Source: Bifidobacterium breve
Lineage (GTDB): Bacteria > Actinomycetota > Acidimicrobiia > Acidimicrobiales > Ilumatobacteraceae
NCBI GenBank assembly: GCA_945901725.1
Contig: CAMDLK010000002.1
Location: 492 to 64,491 of the forward strand
DNA length: 64,000 nt
Reading direction: 5' to 3'
Numbering within the stretch: the stretch's first letter is position 1; each line of letters begins with the position of its first letter. The notes beneath the pieces were generated by a model. The model made no database searches and had not been told where the DNA came from. It worked only from the letters and a program-made list of their open reading frames with translations. Shown here one piece after another: positions 9,114-18,036 of this stretch. The position numbers were made by a program, and so were the translations under genes.

Positions 9114-9589
9114 ACGCGGTTCACCATCACGGTGATGGGCTTGTTGTGAATATGTGTTTCTCGCACGCGCTCCCACCCAAATGTTTCGTACCAATGCGCA
9201 ACATCTCGTGTGTACAAGTACACATCGGTATGCCCTAACTCACGTGCACGCCGAACCGCTTCAGTAACTAATTGTTTTCCCACTGACCTACCCCGGAATT
9301 CCGGATTCACAAAGACAGCTGCCACCCACGGGCCTGGTTCGATTGCGTCAGGCAATGCATCATCCAGAACCACGCATGCAACGCCAGCAAGTTGATCATT
9401 GCCGGCTGTGGCCGCGAGGCTTAGAGGCAGCGACGAAGGGTCTATCGCAGATTCTGAATAGACATTGAGATACCACTGAATGTCGTCGTTCGGATCAGTC
9501 TCTTTCCAATCATCAAAAGCCCACTGAGCACCTAGGTGTGCGAATTCTGAATTCGCAGGCATGTCAGAAATGACAATGTCAAATGTCAT
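9110..9589 (-). CDS. GNAT family N-acetyltransferase
   Basis: Acetyl-CoA binding motif 'FRGRSVGKQLV' and 159 aa. The start overlaps the ctaG stop (ATGA). Confidence 0.75.
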   Translation of the reverse strand: MTFDIVISDMPANSEFAHLGAQWAFDDWKETDPNDDIQWYLNVYSESAIDPSSLPLSLAATAGNDQLAGVACVVLDDALPDAIEPGPWVAAVFVNPEFRGRSVGKQLVTEAVRRARELGHTDVYLYTRDVAHWYETFGWERVRETHIHNKPITVMVNRV

Positions 9590-10437
9590 TGAGAGGAATC
9601 AGAAGTCTCTTTGGCGCTGTATGACTGCTCACCAAAGAAACCCTTCATAAATCGGGTGAAGAAAATGGTGATGATGAGCGCCCACAAGAAGACCGCTCCT
9701 CCGAGCTTCATAATTCCGCCAGCTAGTTGTTGATCACTCAGCACTGACATTCCCCACACTCGAACTGGAGTGTCATAGTGGTTGTACACAGAGCCTTCTG
9801 CGAATGTCAGCCAGCCTGCAGGAATTGAAGGCACCAGAGATGTGCAAAAGAGATAGACCATCATCGCCCCATAACTCATGCGCCATTCTTTTGCCGGGCC
9901 ACATATCGGTGTCCACAGCATTAAGGCGCTGAACACCAATAAAACGTGGAGGCTGTAGTGCAACGGGCCACCAGCGGCAGAGCGATTCACTAATGCAGGG
10001 ATATGAGTAATCAGTAGGACCGCGTTGTAGGTGACAGCAGCGATCACCGGGCGCGTGAGAAATCGAATCACTCGATACGTACGGCCGCGTCCCACCAATA
10101 GTCGAAACAGCCATTCCGGTGTTGCGAGTAGCGCAAGCGGCGGAATGATGTAGGTAAGAATTGTGTGCTGCAACATATGCATGGAATACAGGTATTCCTC
10201 AGCGATGTCATGTAGCGGCCAATCTGTTGAAATCAACAACATAAAGATCATCAGCGAAAAGATTCTGACCTGTTTGCGAGAAATCACTTCCCCACTGGGA
10301 ACAACTTTGGGGCCGAGCACTCGAATCGCGTACACGAACGCGACTATAAGACCAATGATCAACACCCAAATTTCTAGGTGCTGCTGATACCTCCAGGGAT
10401 CAGTATTCAGAGTTGGTTCGATGCTTGCGATCAGCAT
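9586..10437 (-). CDS. ctaG: Cytochrome c oxidase assembly factor CtaG (Caa3_CtaG family membrane protein)
   Basis: Polytopic membrane protein with 'HMLQHTILTYI', located at the 3' end of the cta operon. Confidence 0.75.
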   Translation of the reverse strand: MLIASIEPTLNTDPWRYQQHLEIWVLIIGLIVAFVYAIRVLGPKVVPSGEVISRKQVRIFSLMIFMLLISTDWPLHDIAEEYLYSMHMLQHTILTYIIPPLALLATPEWLFRLLVGRGRTYRVIRFLTRPVIAAVTYNAVLLITHIPALVNRSAAGGPLHYSLHVLLVFSALMLWTPICGPAKEWRMSYGAMMVYLFCTSLVPSIPAGWLTFAEGSVYNHYDTPVRVWGMSVLSDQQLAGGIMKLGGAVFLWALIITIFFTRFMKGFFGEQSYSAKETSDSSQ

Positions 10438-10456
10438 TGCCGACCCGCCCCGCTAA

Positions 10457-10768
10457 CTACGCGATGAAGAACTTGAAGGTGGCGAGAGCCGCGAAGTACA
10501 CGAATAACGCAAGCCCAAGACCGGTATAGAAAAGGAAGCTAAAAATCTTGCTATCAAACTTCAGATGCATGAAGTACGAAACGACCATTACAAACTTGAC
10601 CACCATCATGATGAGCAATGAAGGCATGAACAACGGGCCGAAATCTACGTAGTAGGTAGAAACCTCAAGCGCTGTGATGAGCGCCAAGATAATTGCAATC
10701 TTTATATAGCCGGCATCGGACATTCCGTGCTCTTGTGCGTCTTCGTGTGTTTCAGTAACTGTTGTCAT
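10457..10768 (-). CDS. Cytochrome c oxidase subunit IV (prokaryotic COX4 family)
   Basis: 103 aa, 3 TM, 'KFVMVVSYFMHLKFD' typical of bacterial caa3/qox subunit IV. Sits after ctaE. Confidence 0.75.
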   Translation of the reverse strand: MTTVTETHEDAQEHGMSDAGYIKIAIILALITALEVSTYYVDFGPLFMPSLLIMMVVKFVMVVSYFMHLKFDSKIFSFLFYTGLGLALFVYFAALATFKFFIA

Positions 10769-10781
10769 GATGCGCTCTCAA

Positions 10782-11396
10782 TCAGGATGGGATTAGGTAA
10801 ACCAGGGTGAAGATAACGATCCACACAACGTCAACAAAGTGCCAGTACAGACCAATGAGTTCTACAACTTCAGCCTTATCGCCAGTGATCTTGTTCTTTT
10901 TGATGATGCCCATTAAGGACAGCAACATAATGACTCCGATGGAAACGTGAACACCGTGGAAGCCGGTCAGAGAATAAAAGCTTGAACCGAAAAGACTTGT
11001 GGTGAAGCCGAGGCCTTCGCGATAGAAGGTTGTGAACTCATACACCTGGCCACCAACGAAGGTTGCGCCTAAGAGTGCTGTAATTGTCAGCCAAAGATTT
11101 GTCTTGCTGTCGTCCTTGCGATGTGCAGATGACACTGCGAGCACCATGGTGAGCGACGACATCAACAGAACGAAGCTGCTCACTGATGTGAAAGGGATGT
11201 CGTAAATCTGTGCTGGATGCGGCCCGTTTTGAACGCGTCCGCGATACAGCATGTACGTCGAGATGAGACCACCAAAGAGCAGGCATTCTGATCCGAGGAA
11301 CAACCACATTGCCAGCTTGTTGTTTGACAAGCCAGTTGATGAATGATGCCCGTGATCAGTTGCGTGATCGGTGTCGTGTGTTGCGATATCAGCCAA
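10782..11396 (-). CDS. ctaE: Cytochrome c oxidase subunit III
   Basis: 'FYSLTGFHGVHVSIG', 'LYWHFVDVVW'; 204 aa. Confidence 0.9.
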   Translation of the reverse strand: MADIATHDTDHATDHGHHSSTGLSNNKLAMWLFLGSECLLFGGLISTYMLYRGRVQNGPHPAQIYDIPFTSVSSFVLLMSSLTMVLAVSSAHRKDDSKTNLWLTITALLGATFVGGQVYEFTTFYREGLGFTTSLFGSSFYSLTGFHGVHVSIGVIMLLSLMGIIKKNKITGDKAEVVELIGLYWHFVDVVWIVIFTLVYLIPS

Positions 11397-13395
11397 GGGG
11401 AGCTATCTCCTTCGTGTGACCGTCGGTCGACGGTGTATCAAAATCGATTGCGTCAGGCACGGAAGGCTCAAGAACCCATCCGTACGAGGAGAAGAGAACA
11501 ATAAGTCCTCCGACAACCATGATTGGAGTTCCATAGATGACTCCCATACCAAGTACACCCATGCCGATAGAGAGAAGCAACGGCCAGTACGAAGGTCCTG
11601 GCATGTGAATGTCAGCATCAGCAGCTGCTTCTTCGGCGCGAACAAGCTCTTCACCGGTAGCTACTTGCTTCATTGTGTGAGTGACTTCGTCTTCTACATA
11701 TTTACGGTGGAAGAACTCATCGAGGTGATGTACGACTGGGATGCGATCAAAGTTGTGGACCTTAGGCGGGCTGGTTGTAATCCATTCCAAGGTACGAGCA
11801 TCCCATGGGTCAAGCGGAGCGCGTTCTGGGTTACGAGTGGTCTTGATCACGTTGATGATGAAGAAGAGAACACCGACGGCCAACACAAAGGAGCCGATAG
11901 ATGACACCATGTTCCAAAACCCGAAGTTGAAGAGACCTTCACCGCCACGAGCTTCGGTCCATACATACATACGGCGAGGCTGGCCTTGAAGACCAAGGAT
12001 ATGCATTGGTCCAAACGTGAGGTTCATACCAATAACCATGAACCAGAAGTTCCAGCTACCCAATTTTTCGTTGAGCATCTTTCCGAAAACTTTTGGCCAC
12101 CAGTAATAGAAGCCAGAGAACAGACCGAAGACCATTCCACCAAACAAGACGTAATGGAAGTGAGCAACGATGTAGTACGTGTCGGTCTGTTGGGTGTCAG
12201 AAGGTGCAACTGCGTGAGTAACGCCTGACAAACCACCGATGGTGAAGAGAATTACGAGGCCAATGGCGAACTTCATTGCCGCCGAGTACCAAATTTTGCC
12301 ACCCCACATGGTGAGAATCCAGTTGAAGATTTTCACACCAGTTGGAATTGCAATTGCCATTGTTGCCATCGAGAACACAGCAACAGAAACTGGGCCGAGA
12401 CCAGACGCGAACATATGGTGAGCCCACACGCCGAAGCCGACGAGTCCGATTGAAGCACCAGAGAACACCACGAACGGATAACCGAAAAGTGGTTTACGTG
12501 AGAACGTAGGAAGTACTTCAGAGATGATGCCGAACGCCGGCAGAATCAAGACGTACACCTCCGGATGACCAAAGATCCAGAACAAGTGTTGCCAGAGAAG
12601 TGGGTCTGCACCTTGCGACACATCGAAGAAGGTGGCTCCGTAGGAACGCTGGAACATCAGCAATACCAAAGCCACGGTGATGACGGGCAATGAGAACACC
12701 AAGAGGAACTGCACCACGAGAATCATCCACGTAAACACGGGCATCTTCATAAGGGTCATTCCGGGTGCTCGCATGTTGAGCACAGTGACAATCAGGTTGA
12801 TAGAGCCGATAAGCGAAGCGATACCCGCAATCTGCAACCCGAGAATCCAGAAGTCGACACCGTTACTTGGTGAGAACACTGGACCAGAGTTTGGTGCGTA
12901 CATAAACCAACCACCGTCAGCAGCGCCACCAAGGAACCATGATGCATTAAGAATCAGACCACCGGTTAGGAACAACCAGAACGACAATGCGTTGAGACGT
13001 GGGAAGGCAACATCTCGAGCACCAATTTGAAGAGGCAAGAAATAGTTTGCAAATGCTGCAGCCATGGGCATGGCGAACAAGAAGATCATCGTGGTCGCGT
13101 GCATGGTGAACATTTGGTTGTACTTGTCAGCACTAAGGATGCGGCCGTCAGGGAGTGCTAGCTGCAAGCGAATAAACAACGCTTCGACACCGCCGATAAT
13201 GAAGAACACAAAAGCAACAGTGCCGTACATGATTCCAAGTTTTTTGTGGTCAACAGTAAAGAGCCATTCGCGCCAGCCTGTTGTGTTGACTGGACGACGT
13301 ACAGCGCCAAGTGACTGAGTTGGTGCAACTACTAATTTGCCCTTCGCCACGTCAAGTGCGTTACCTGGTGTAAGAGTTAGTTCATTGGTGGACAT
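11389..13395 (-). CDS. ctaD: Cytochrome c oxidase subunit I, with a ~100-aa C-terminal extension carrying 2 extra TM helices
   Basis: All canonical ligand motifs are present: 'MFTMHATTMIF', 'WIFGHPEVY', 'WAHHMF', 'AHFHYVLFGG'. The C-terminal 'GPSYWPLLLSIGMGVLGMG...' resembles actinobacterial subunit IV (CtaF). Confidence 0.95.
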   Translation of the reverse strand: MSTNELTLTPGNALDVAKGKLVVAPTQSLGAVRRPVNTTGWREWLFTVDHKKLGIMYGTVAFVFFIIGGVEALFIRLQLALPDGRILSADKYNQMFTMHATTMIFLFAMPMAAAFANYFLPLQIGARDVAFPRLNALSFWLFLTGGLILNASWFLGGAADGGWFMYAPNSGPVFSPSNGVDFWILGLQIAGIASLIGSINLIVTVLNMRAPGMTLMKMPVFTWMILVVQFLLVFSLPVITVALVLLMFQRSYGATFFDVSQGADPLLWQHLFWIFGHPEVYVLILPAFGIISEVLPTFSRKPLFGYPFVVFSGASIGLVGFGVWAHHMFASGLGPVSVAVFSMATMAIAIPTGVKIFNWILTMWGGKIWYSAAMKFAIGLVILFTIGGLSGVTHAVAPSDTQQTDTYYIVAHFHYVLFGGMVFGLFSGFYYWWPKVFGKMLNEKLGSWNFWFMVIGMNLTFGPMHILGLQGQPRRMYVWTEARGGEGLFNFGFWNMVSSIGSFVLAVGVLFFIINVIKTTRNPERAPLDPWDARTLEWITTSPPKVHNFDRIPVVHHLDEFFHRKYVEDEVTHTMKQVATGEELVRAEEAAADADIHMPGPSYWPLLLSIGMGVLGMGVIYGTPIMVVGGLIVLFSSYGWVLEPSVPDAIDFDTPSTDGHTKEIAPLG

Positions 13396-13407
13396 GGTGT
13401 TCTCCGA

Positions 13408-14664
13408 TTACTTCAGTGTCAATAGGTAAGCGACGAGTTTGTCGATGTCTGTTTCAGTAAGACCAAGATTTGGCATACCGCGATATTTTCCACCTGATTT
13501 CACCAACTTGGTTGGGTCGGCGTACATCGGCTTCATTGCTGGTGCATTGCGCAACCACCCGCGAAGATCATTTGCATTCAAACAAGACTCTGAAACACCA
13601 GCTAGGTACTTCTCGCCAATGGTCTCGGAACTTGCATTCCAGACATCGCTTCGACACTTCTTGTTCAACAAGTCGAAAATCGCACCAGCAAAAGTGTTGC
13701 GCGACATGAGATGTGAGAGGTTCGGGGCGGCACCGGAATAGACGTTTTCGTCTGGTGCTGCGATGGCAGGTGTGCCATCAGCCTTCTTCAGGCCGTTGAC
13801 CTGGTGACAACGAATGCACTGATTCAAGAAGACTCCTTCGCCTTCTTTAGCCAAAGTTCCATCTGCAGGCGGCGTGTACGCCTTCTGCTGATTAGCTACC
13901 CACTTTGCAAAATCTTCCTTAGAAAGCGCTACCGCTTCCATACGCATGTTGGCATGAGAAAGACCGCAGAATTCGGTGCACTGACCAGCGAAAATTCCGG
14001 GTTTGTCTGCCTGAAGACGCAACAAGTTGATTCGGCCAGGAACGGCATCTTTCTTGCCATTCAATGCCGGGATCCAATACGAGTGAATAACGTCGCGGCT
14101 TGTTTCGCGCAACAAGATTTTTGTACCGACTGGGATAACCAATTGGCCTGAAGAAATAATCGGCTGAGTGATGCCTTGATCCTCTTGTGCTGGATAGTCA
14201 TATTCCCACCACCACTGCTGACCAGTGACGTTGATAATCATTTCGGTGTCTTTGGTCTCGGCAAGTTCGAAAATTCCGCGGAAAGTAAAGACGCCAACAA
14301 CAGTAAGGATGAGCGCAGGGATGATTGTGAGAATGATTTCAACAATTGGCTTGCCATGACTCTGCGACGGAATCGGTTGTCCGCGATCAGTGAACTTCCA
14401 AAACGTGTAGGCAGCGAGAGCAAAAACGAGAACTCCAACAACACCGGCCATAGGGAAAACAATCCACTGAAGGTTGTTAATAATCTGGGCGTTATCGCCT
14501 TTCGGCTGCCACGTATCTTGAGGCGCATTGGTGGCGCAACCAGCTAAAGCAACAACACCGAAGATCGTTGCAATTGAGTTACGAATGCGGTGACTTGAAG
14601 CCTTCACGTTGTTCACGATATCCATAGCCTTTTCTGATGTGTGAGGGGAGACTGAGTGACTCAC
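13408..14664 (-). CDS. ctaC: Cytochrome c oxidase subunit II fused to a cytochrome c domain (caa3-type)
   Basis: CuA motif 'HSYWIP...CTEFCGLSHANM' and heme c motif 'CIRCHQ'. Lipobox-like 'LAGC'. The GTG start overlaps the upstream gene's stop (GTGA). Confidence 0.9.
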   Translation of the reverse strand: MSHSVSPHTSEKAMDIVNNVKASSHRIRNSIATIFGVVALAGCATNAPQDTWQPKGDNAQIINNLQWIVFPMAGVVGVLVFALAAYTFWKFTDRGQPIPSQSHGKPIVEIILTIIPALILTVVGVFTFRGIFELAETKDTEMIINVTGQQWWWEYDYPAQEDQGITQPIISSGQLVIPVGTKILLRETSRDVIHSYWIPALNGKKDAVPGRINLLRLQADKPGIFAGQCTEFCGLSHANMRMEAVALSKEDFAKWVANQQKAYTPPADGTLAKEGEGVFLNQCIRCHQVNGLKKADGTPAIAAPDENVYSGAAPNLSHLMSRNTFAGAIFDLLNKKCRSDVWNASSETIGEKYLAGVSESCLNANDLRGWLRNAPAMKPMYADPTKLVKSGGKYRGMPNLGLTETDIDKLVAYLLTLK

Positions 14665-15785
14665 GGCACGACCAACTTGATTTCTCCGGTGGCACCAGGA
14701 ACTGTAAATGAGTACGGCTCGGCTTCTGTTGCTGGCTTAGGAATTGTGAGGGTCATTACTTGTTCTTGGTTCTTGCCGGTGAGTTGTGTGCATGTACCAA
14801 CTTTTTCAACGACTCCAGTTTCGGCAACTTTGGCTGAGCCCAAATTGACGACCAGTCGGTGATCCTCTTCATCAAGGTTGCGGAACATAACAGACGTTGC
14901 ATTCGAGCGAGGAATAGTGATTGTGTCGACTTTTTTGGTCATACCAATTGCTTCTGCATACACCTTTCCATCTTTTACAAAGATGGTGGCTGTCACAGCA
15001 GAACGCAATGAGACTGTGTTGTTTGCATGGTGGTCGTAATGCTCAGATTCTTCTTCTCCACATTCACGATGTGATGCGTCGAAATGATCTTCTTCTGCAG
15101 CGACAGCAAGTTCATGACGTTCGCCTGACAGTGCTGCAAACGTTCCGACGCCAATAAGAGCCACGGCTGCAAGGACAGCTACAACAACTGTGACAGCGCC
15201 TTTCATGAATCCCTTAGAAGCAATGAGGATGCCGACTACAAAAATTGCACCGGCCGCCGCAATAAAAAAGATTGTTCCAGATTCTTTTGATAGAGCAAGG
15301 AACACTCGAGAAAACAAGAAAGCAATGATGCCAAGACCAACCGCAGCAAGTCCCGGGTATTCAATTGCGCTAATCGCACGCTCGCGAGCAAACGTATTGA
15401 ATTCGCGATCCGACGATGCACCATCTGCCCAGTTGTGAATTGCCCATTCAACGCCGCCGCCAATGAGGACTGCAACGCCGAGGATGAATACGACAGACAC
15501 AGTCACAAGACCAGTGAGAACAATGGCTGCTCCGAGTGCGAACACAATTGGCCAGAAGGATGGTGGACCAGCAACGGCGTTAGCTGCAACTGCTTCTTCA
15601 TCTGTGTAGACGTCACCATCACGGGTGAACAATGCCATTGCACCGATAAGTGCGCCTGAGGCTGCAAGGCCGAACAGTGCAACTGCTCCGAGGTCTGATG
15701 GGTTCACCAACACCATGTACAAGATTGCGGAAATCAGCGACAAGCCTGTGAGGCCGAAGAAATATTTTGAGCCGGGGGTAATCAT
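14661..15785 (-). CDS. Membrane protein: subunit IV(CtaF)-like N-terminal TM bundle, extra TMs, and a C-terminal degenerate CuA/cupredoxin-like domain
   Basis: 'PPSFWPIVFALGAAIVLTG' parallels the CtaD tail 'GPSYWPLLLSIGMGVLGMG'. C-terminal 'EEDHRLVV...GTCTQLTGKNQEQVM' lines up with CtaC 'RDVIHSYWIP...GQCTEFCGLSHANM', but the second Cys and the second His are replaced. Confidence 0.6.
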   Translation of the reverse strand: MITPGSKYFFGLTGLSLISAILYMVLVNPSDLGAVALFGLAASGALIGAMALFTRDGDVYTDEEAVAANAVAGPPSFWPIVFALGAAIVLTGLVTVSVVFILGVAVLIGGGVEWAIHNWADGASSDREFNTFARERAISAIEYPGLAAVGLGIIAFLFSRVFLALSKESGTIFFIAAAGAIFVVGILIASKGFMKGAVTVVVAVLAAVALIGVGTFAALSGERHELAVAAEEDHFDASHRECGEEESEHYDHHANNTVSLRSAVTATIFVKDGKVYAEAIGMTKKVDTITIPRSNATSVMFRNLDEEDHRLVVNLGSAKVAETGVVEKVGTCTQLTGKNQEQVMTLTIPKPATEAEPYSFTVPGATGEIKLVVP

Positions 15786-15791
15786 CTTGAC

Positions 15792-16397
15792 CTACTTTTG
15801 TACGTACACCACGAACCACACAACAGCAAAGGCTGTAGTGAGGAAGTACCAATAGAGCGCGTGGGCATTAACAACATCTACGTCGTTGTCACGACCACCA
15901 ACAGATCGAAAGAAAGCCACGAGGCTAAATGCCATACCGCCAACAACTAACAACAACATCGTTCCGGTAATTGCATAGAACATTGTTTGAAACTGTCCGT
16001 CAGCGAGCCCGATGTCCATCTGGCTATAAACCGCAATTTGTGCATTCACAACAGCGAGCCCAATGAGGAAACTGATAGCAAGTGCAAGTGAACGGTGAGG
16101 CGCATCATTGCGTTTTGCTGAATATGAAGCCCACTGTGCCATCAATGCACCGACTGGGAAAGTAATGAGCATGACGTTGGCTGCAACTTCAGGAATTTTC
16201 ACTCCGGCCGGCATCCAGTCCTTGATGATTTTCAAACCATCAGATGAGTCACGCGTTGGCGCGCCGGCACGGAACTTCAACCACATTGCAATCATGCCGA
16301 TGATGAGCATGAATGCAGATGCGCAAGCTATTGCCGTTGCAACAAGAATTTGACGGCGTGGCGCCGGAGCTGGTGCTGCTGGTAATGCAATGGTCAT
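15792..16397 (-). CDS. Divergent cytochrome oxidase subunit III-like membrane protein
   Basis: 'FYAITGTMLLLVVGG' vs CtaE 'FYSLTGFHGVHVSIG', and 'ALYWYFLTTAFAVVWFVVY' vs 'GLYWHFVDVVWIVIFTLVY'. The start overlaps the upstream stop (ATGA). Confidence 0.7.
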   Translation of the reverse strand: MTIALPAAPAPAPRRQILVATAIACASAFMLIIGMIAMWLKFRAGAPTRDSSDGLKIIKDWMPAGVKIPEVAANVMLITFPVGALMAQWASYSAKRNDAPHRSLALAISFLIGLAVVNAQIAVYSQMDIGLADGQFQTMFYAITGTMLLLVVGGMAFSLVAFFRSVGGRDNDVDVVNAHALYWYFLTTAFAVVWFVVYVQK

Positions 16398-17914
16398 GCC
16401 GATGCCTCCTGTGAAACTGATGCGCCATTTCGCACTGCATCAATGAGCAGTGCGACGAAGCCCACAACCGTGAGAACAATGAGTGCGTGGCCAAGGCCAG
16501 CAAGAACATTCCAAAGAGCTACAGGTCCGTCGTAATCAAAACCCATAACGGTGTTGGCTGGCTGATCTGCAAACCCAGCGATATAGAGCGGGAAGCTAGC
16601 CAAGATTGTTCCTAGTAAACCGATTAGTGCAAGTCCGAGAAGTTTTGTGTTGTCAATGGCGCGTCCCCACAAGAGAGGAGCCCAATGACTCAGTGCGCCT
16701 AAGGCACTCAACAGGCCGCCGTACACAAGGTACAAAACAACTCCTTCAGAGAACACAGTGCCATCAAGTGAAGCTGCCTTCAAGTTGTATAAGCCGTTTC
16801 CAAGCACACCAACAATGATCATGAGTGCGCCAAGTAGTGACAAAGCAAATGGTGCAGTTACTCGAGGAGTTCCTACCTTCAGACACAAGAGTGAAACAAG
16901 AACAACAATCAGCATCCCGAGCAATGGCAAACCATTGAACAACGAATGCAACAAAGTGCTCTTCACTTTGTCTGAGTTTGTTCCGGCCCAATCAAGAATG
17001 TGCGCGCTTTGTGTCGCGGCACCAAGTACTGCTGTGGAAATGATTCCAATACCTGCGAGAACTACTGGACGAAGTGGTTGTTCTGTGCGGGCCGTTACTG
17101 GCGCAACTTCTGCAAGAACTCCGAGAGCCATGATTACAAACACAAAAGTCATTGGCTGAGATAAAGACCAACCCAAGAAGGAATTGATTCCCTTGTTGCC
17201 ACCGAAAACTAATTGCGCATGGGTGTGATCAACGTAGAGATAAATGATTGTGCCAATCATGACTGGCAAGCTCAGCAACGTAGCAATCGATCCGATTAAT
17301 GCTGACCATGAAAAAGCCGGAATCCGATCAAGTGTCATTCCCGGTGCACGAGCAGTAAGAACTGACGTTGCAATGGAAAGGCTTCCGGCCAAAAGACCAA
17401 CTGCTGCAAGCGCAACACCTAACAAGTACAAATCAACAAGATCAGTTGCTCCGCCACCAGGGCCGCCGTTGCCAATGATTGAAACATCAACCATCAATGC
17501 ACCAAAGAGCCATGCCCAGAAACCAAATTGCGCAAGTCGTGGAAACGCAATAGCGCGTGCGCCAAGTTGTGTCGGAACAACAGCAATTGCTATTCCTACG
17601 AAAAGTGGTGCAAGAACTCCAAAGACAAGGGCGAATTGATACAACGCAAACATTTGCGGAGTTGCATCACCGTGAAAGATTTCCATGTGAGCTGGGCTGA
17701 TGCGCTCGAGACCAAAGAGCAAGCCGAGCACTGCTGCAAGAACGGCGCTCAGCAATGAGGTCCCGACGAATAGACGTCCAATTTTTTTATGATCACTGCT
17801 GGTGATCCATTGGCCGATGGAAACGACAAAAGCAGAGCCTGCGCCCTGTGCATGCGTCGTTGCGCCCACGTGAGTGTCGATATTGGTCATTTTCGGATGA
17901 TCTCCCAGATACAC
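16394..17914 (-). CDS. Heme-copper oxidase subunit I-like protein lacking the canonical heme/CuB histidine ligands
   Basis: Shares 'SSDHKKIGRLF', 'QLGARAIAFPRLAQFGFW' and 'ARAPGMTLDRIPAFSW' with CtaD. Ligand positions read 'MFALYQFALVF' (His->Tyr), 'WSLSQPMTF' (His->Gln, Tyr->Phe) and 'VVLYLVYGG' (both His lost). Alternative start is the ATG at 17890. Confidence 0.75.
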   Translation of the reverse strand: MYLGDHPKMTNIDTHVGATTHAQGAGSAFVVSIGQWITSSDHKKIGRLFVGTSLLSAVLAAVLGLLFGLERISPAHMEIFHGDATPQMFALYQFALVFGVLAPLFVGIAIAVVPTQLGARAIAFPRLAQFGFWAWLFGALMVDVSIIGNGGPGGGATDLVDLYLLGVALAAVGLLAGSLSIATSVLTARAPGMTLDRIPAFSWSALIGSIATLLSLPVMIGTIIYLYVDHTHAQLVFGGNKGINSFLGWSLSQPMTFVFVIMALGVLAEVAPVTARTEQPLRPVVLAGIGIISTAVLGAATQSAHILDWAGTNSDKVKSTLLHSLFNGLPLLGMLIVVLVSLLCLKVGTPRVTAPFALSLLGALMIIVGVLGNGLYNLKAASLDGTVFSEGVVLYLVYGGLLSALGALSHWAPLLWGRAIDNTKLLGLALIGLLGTILASFPLYIAGFADQPANTVMGFDYDGPVALWNVLAGLGHALIVLTVVGFVALLIDAVRNGASVSQEASA

Positions 17915-18036
17915 ACCTTCAGTTCTGGTGAACTGTCGGAGCGAGTGCGCCTAGATGTAACGAATCAAGACTACCCATCGCCCTCCCACAGAAGGTAAAT
18001 CCTCGGGGGGTTACTAGTTCGTGCGATTGCGCTTTT

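Noticed and set aside
17915-18036. Possible terminator between ctaB and the shadow-oxidase genes (GCGATTGCGC followed by T6, read on the + strand)
   Set aside because: The stem is only ~3 bp, and the T-run is on the wrong strand for the minus-strand genes. It is not a convincing terminator, so operon continuity with ctaB stays open.
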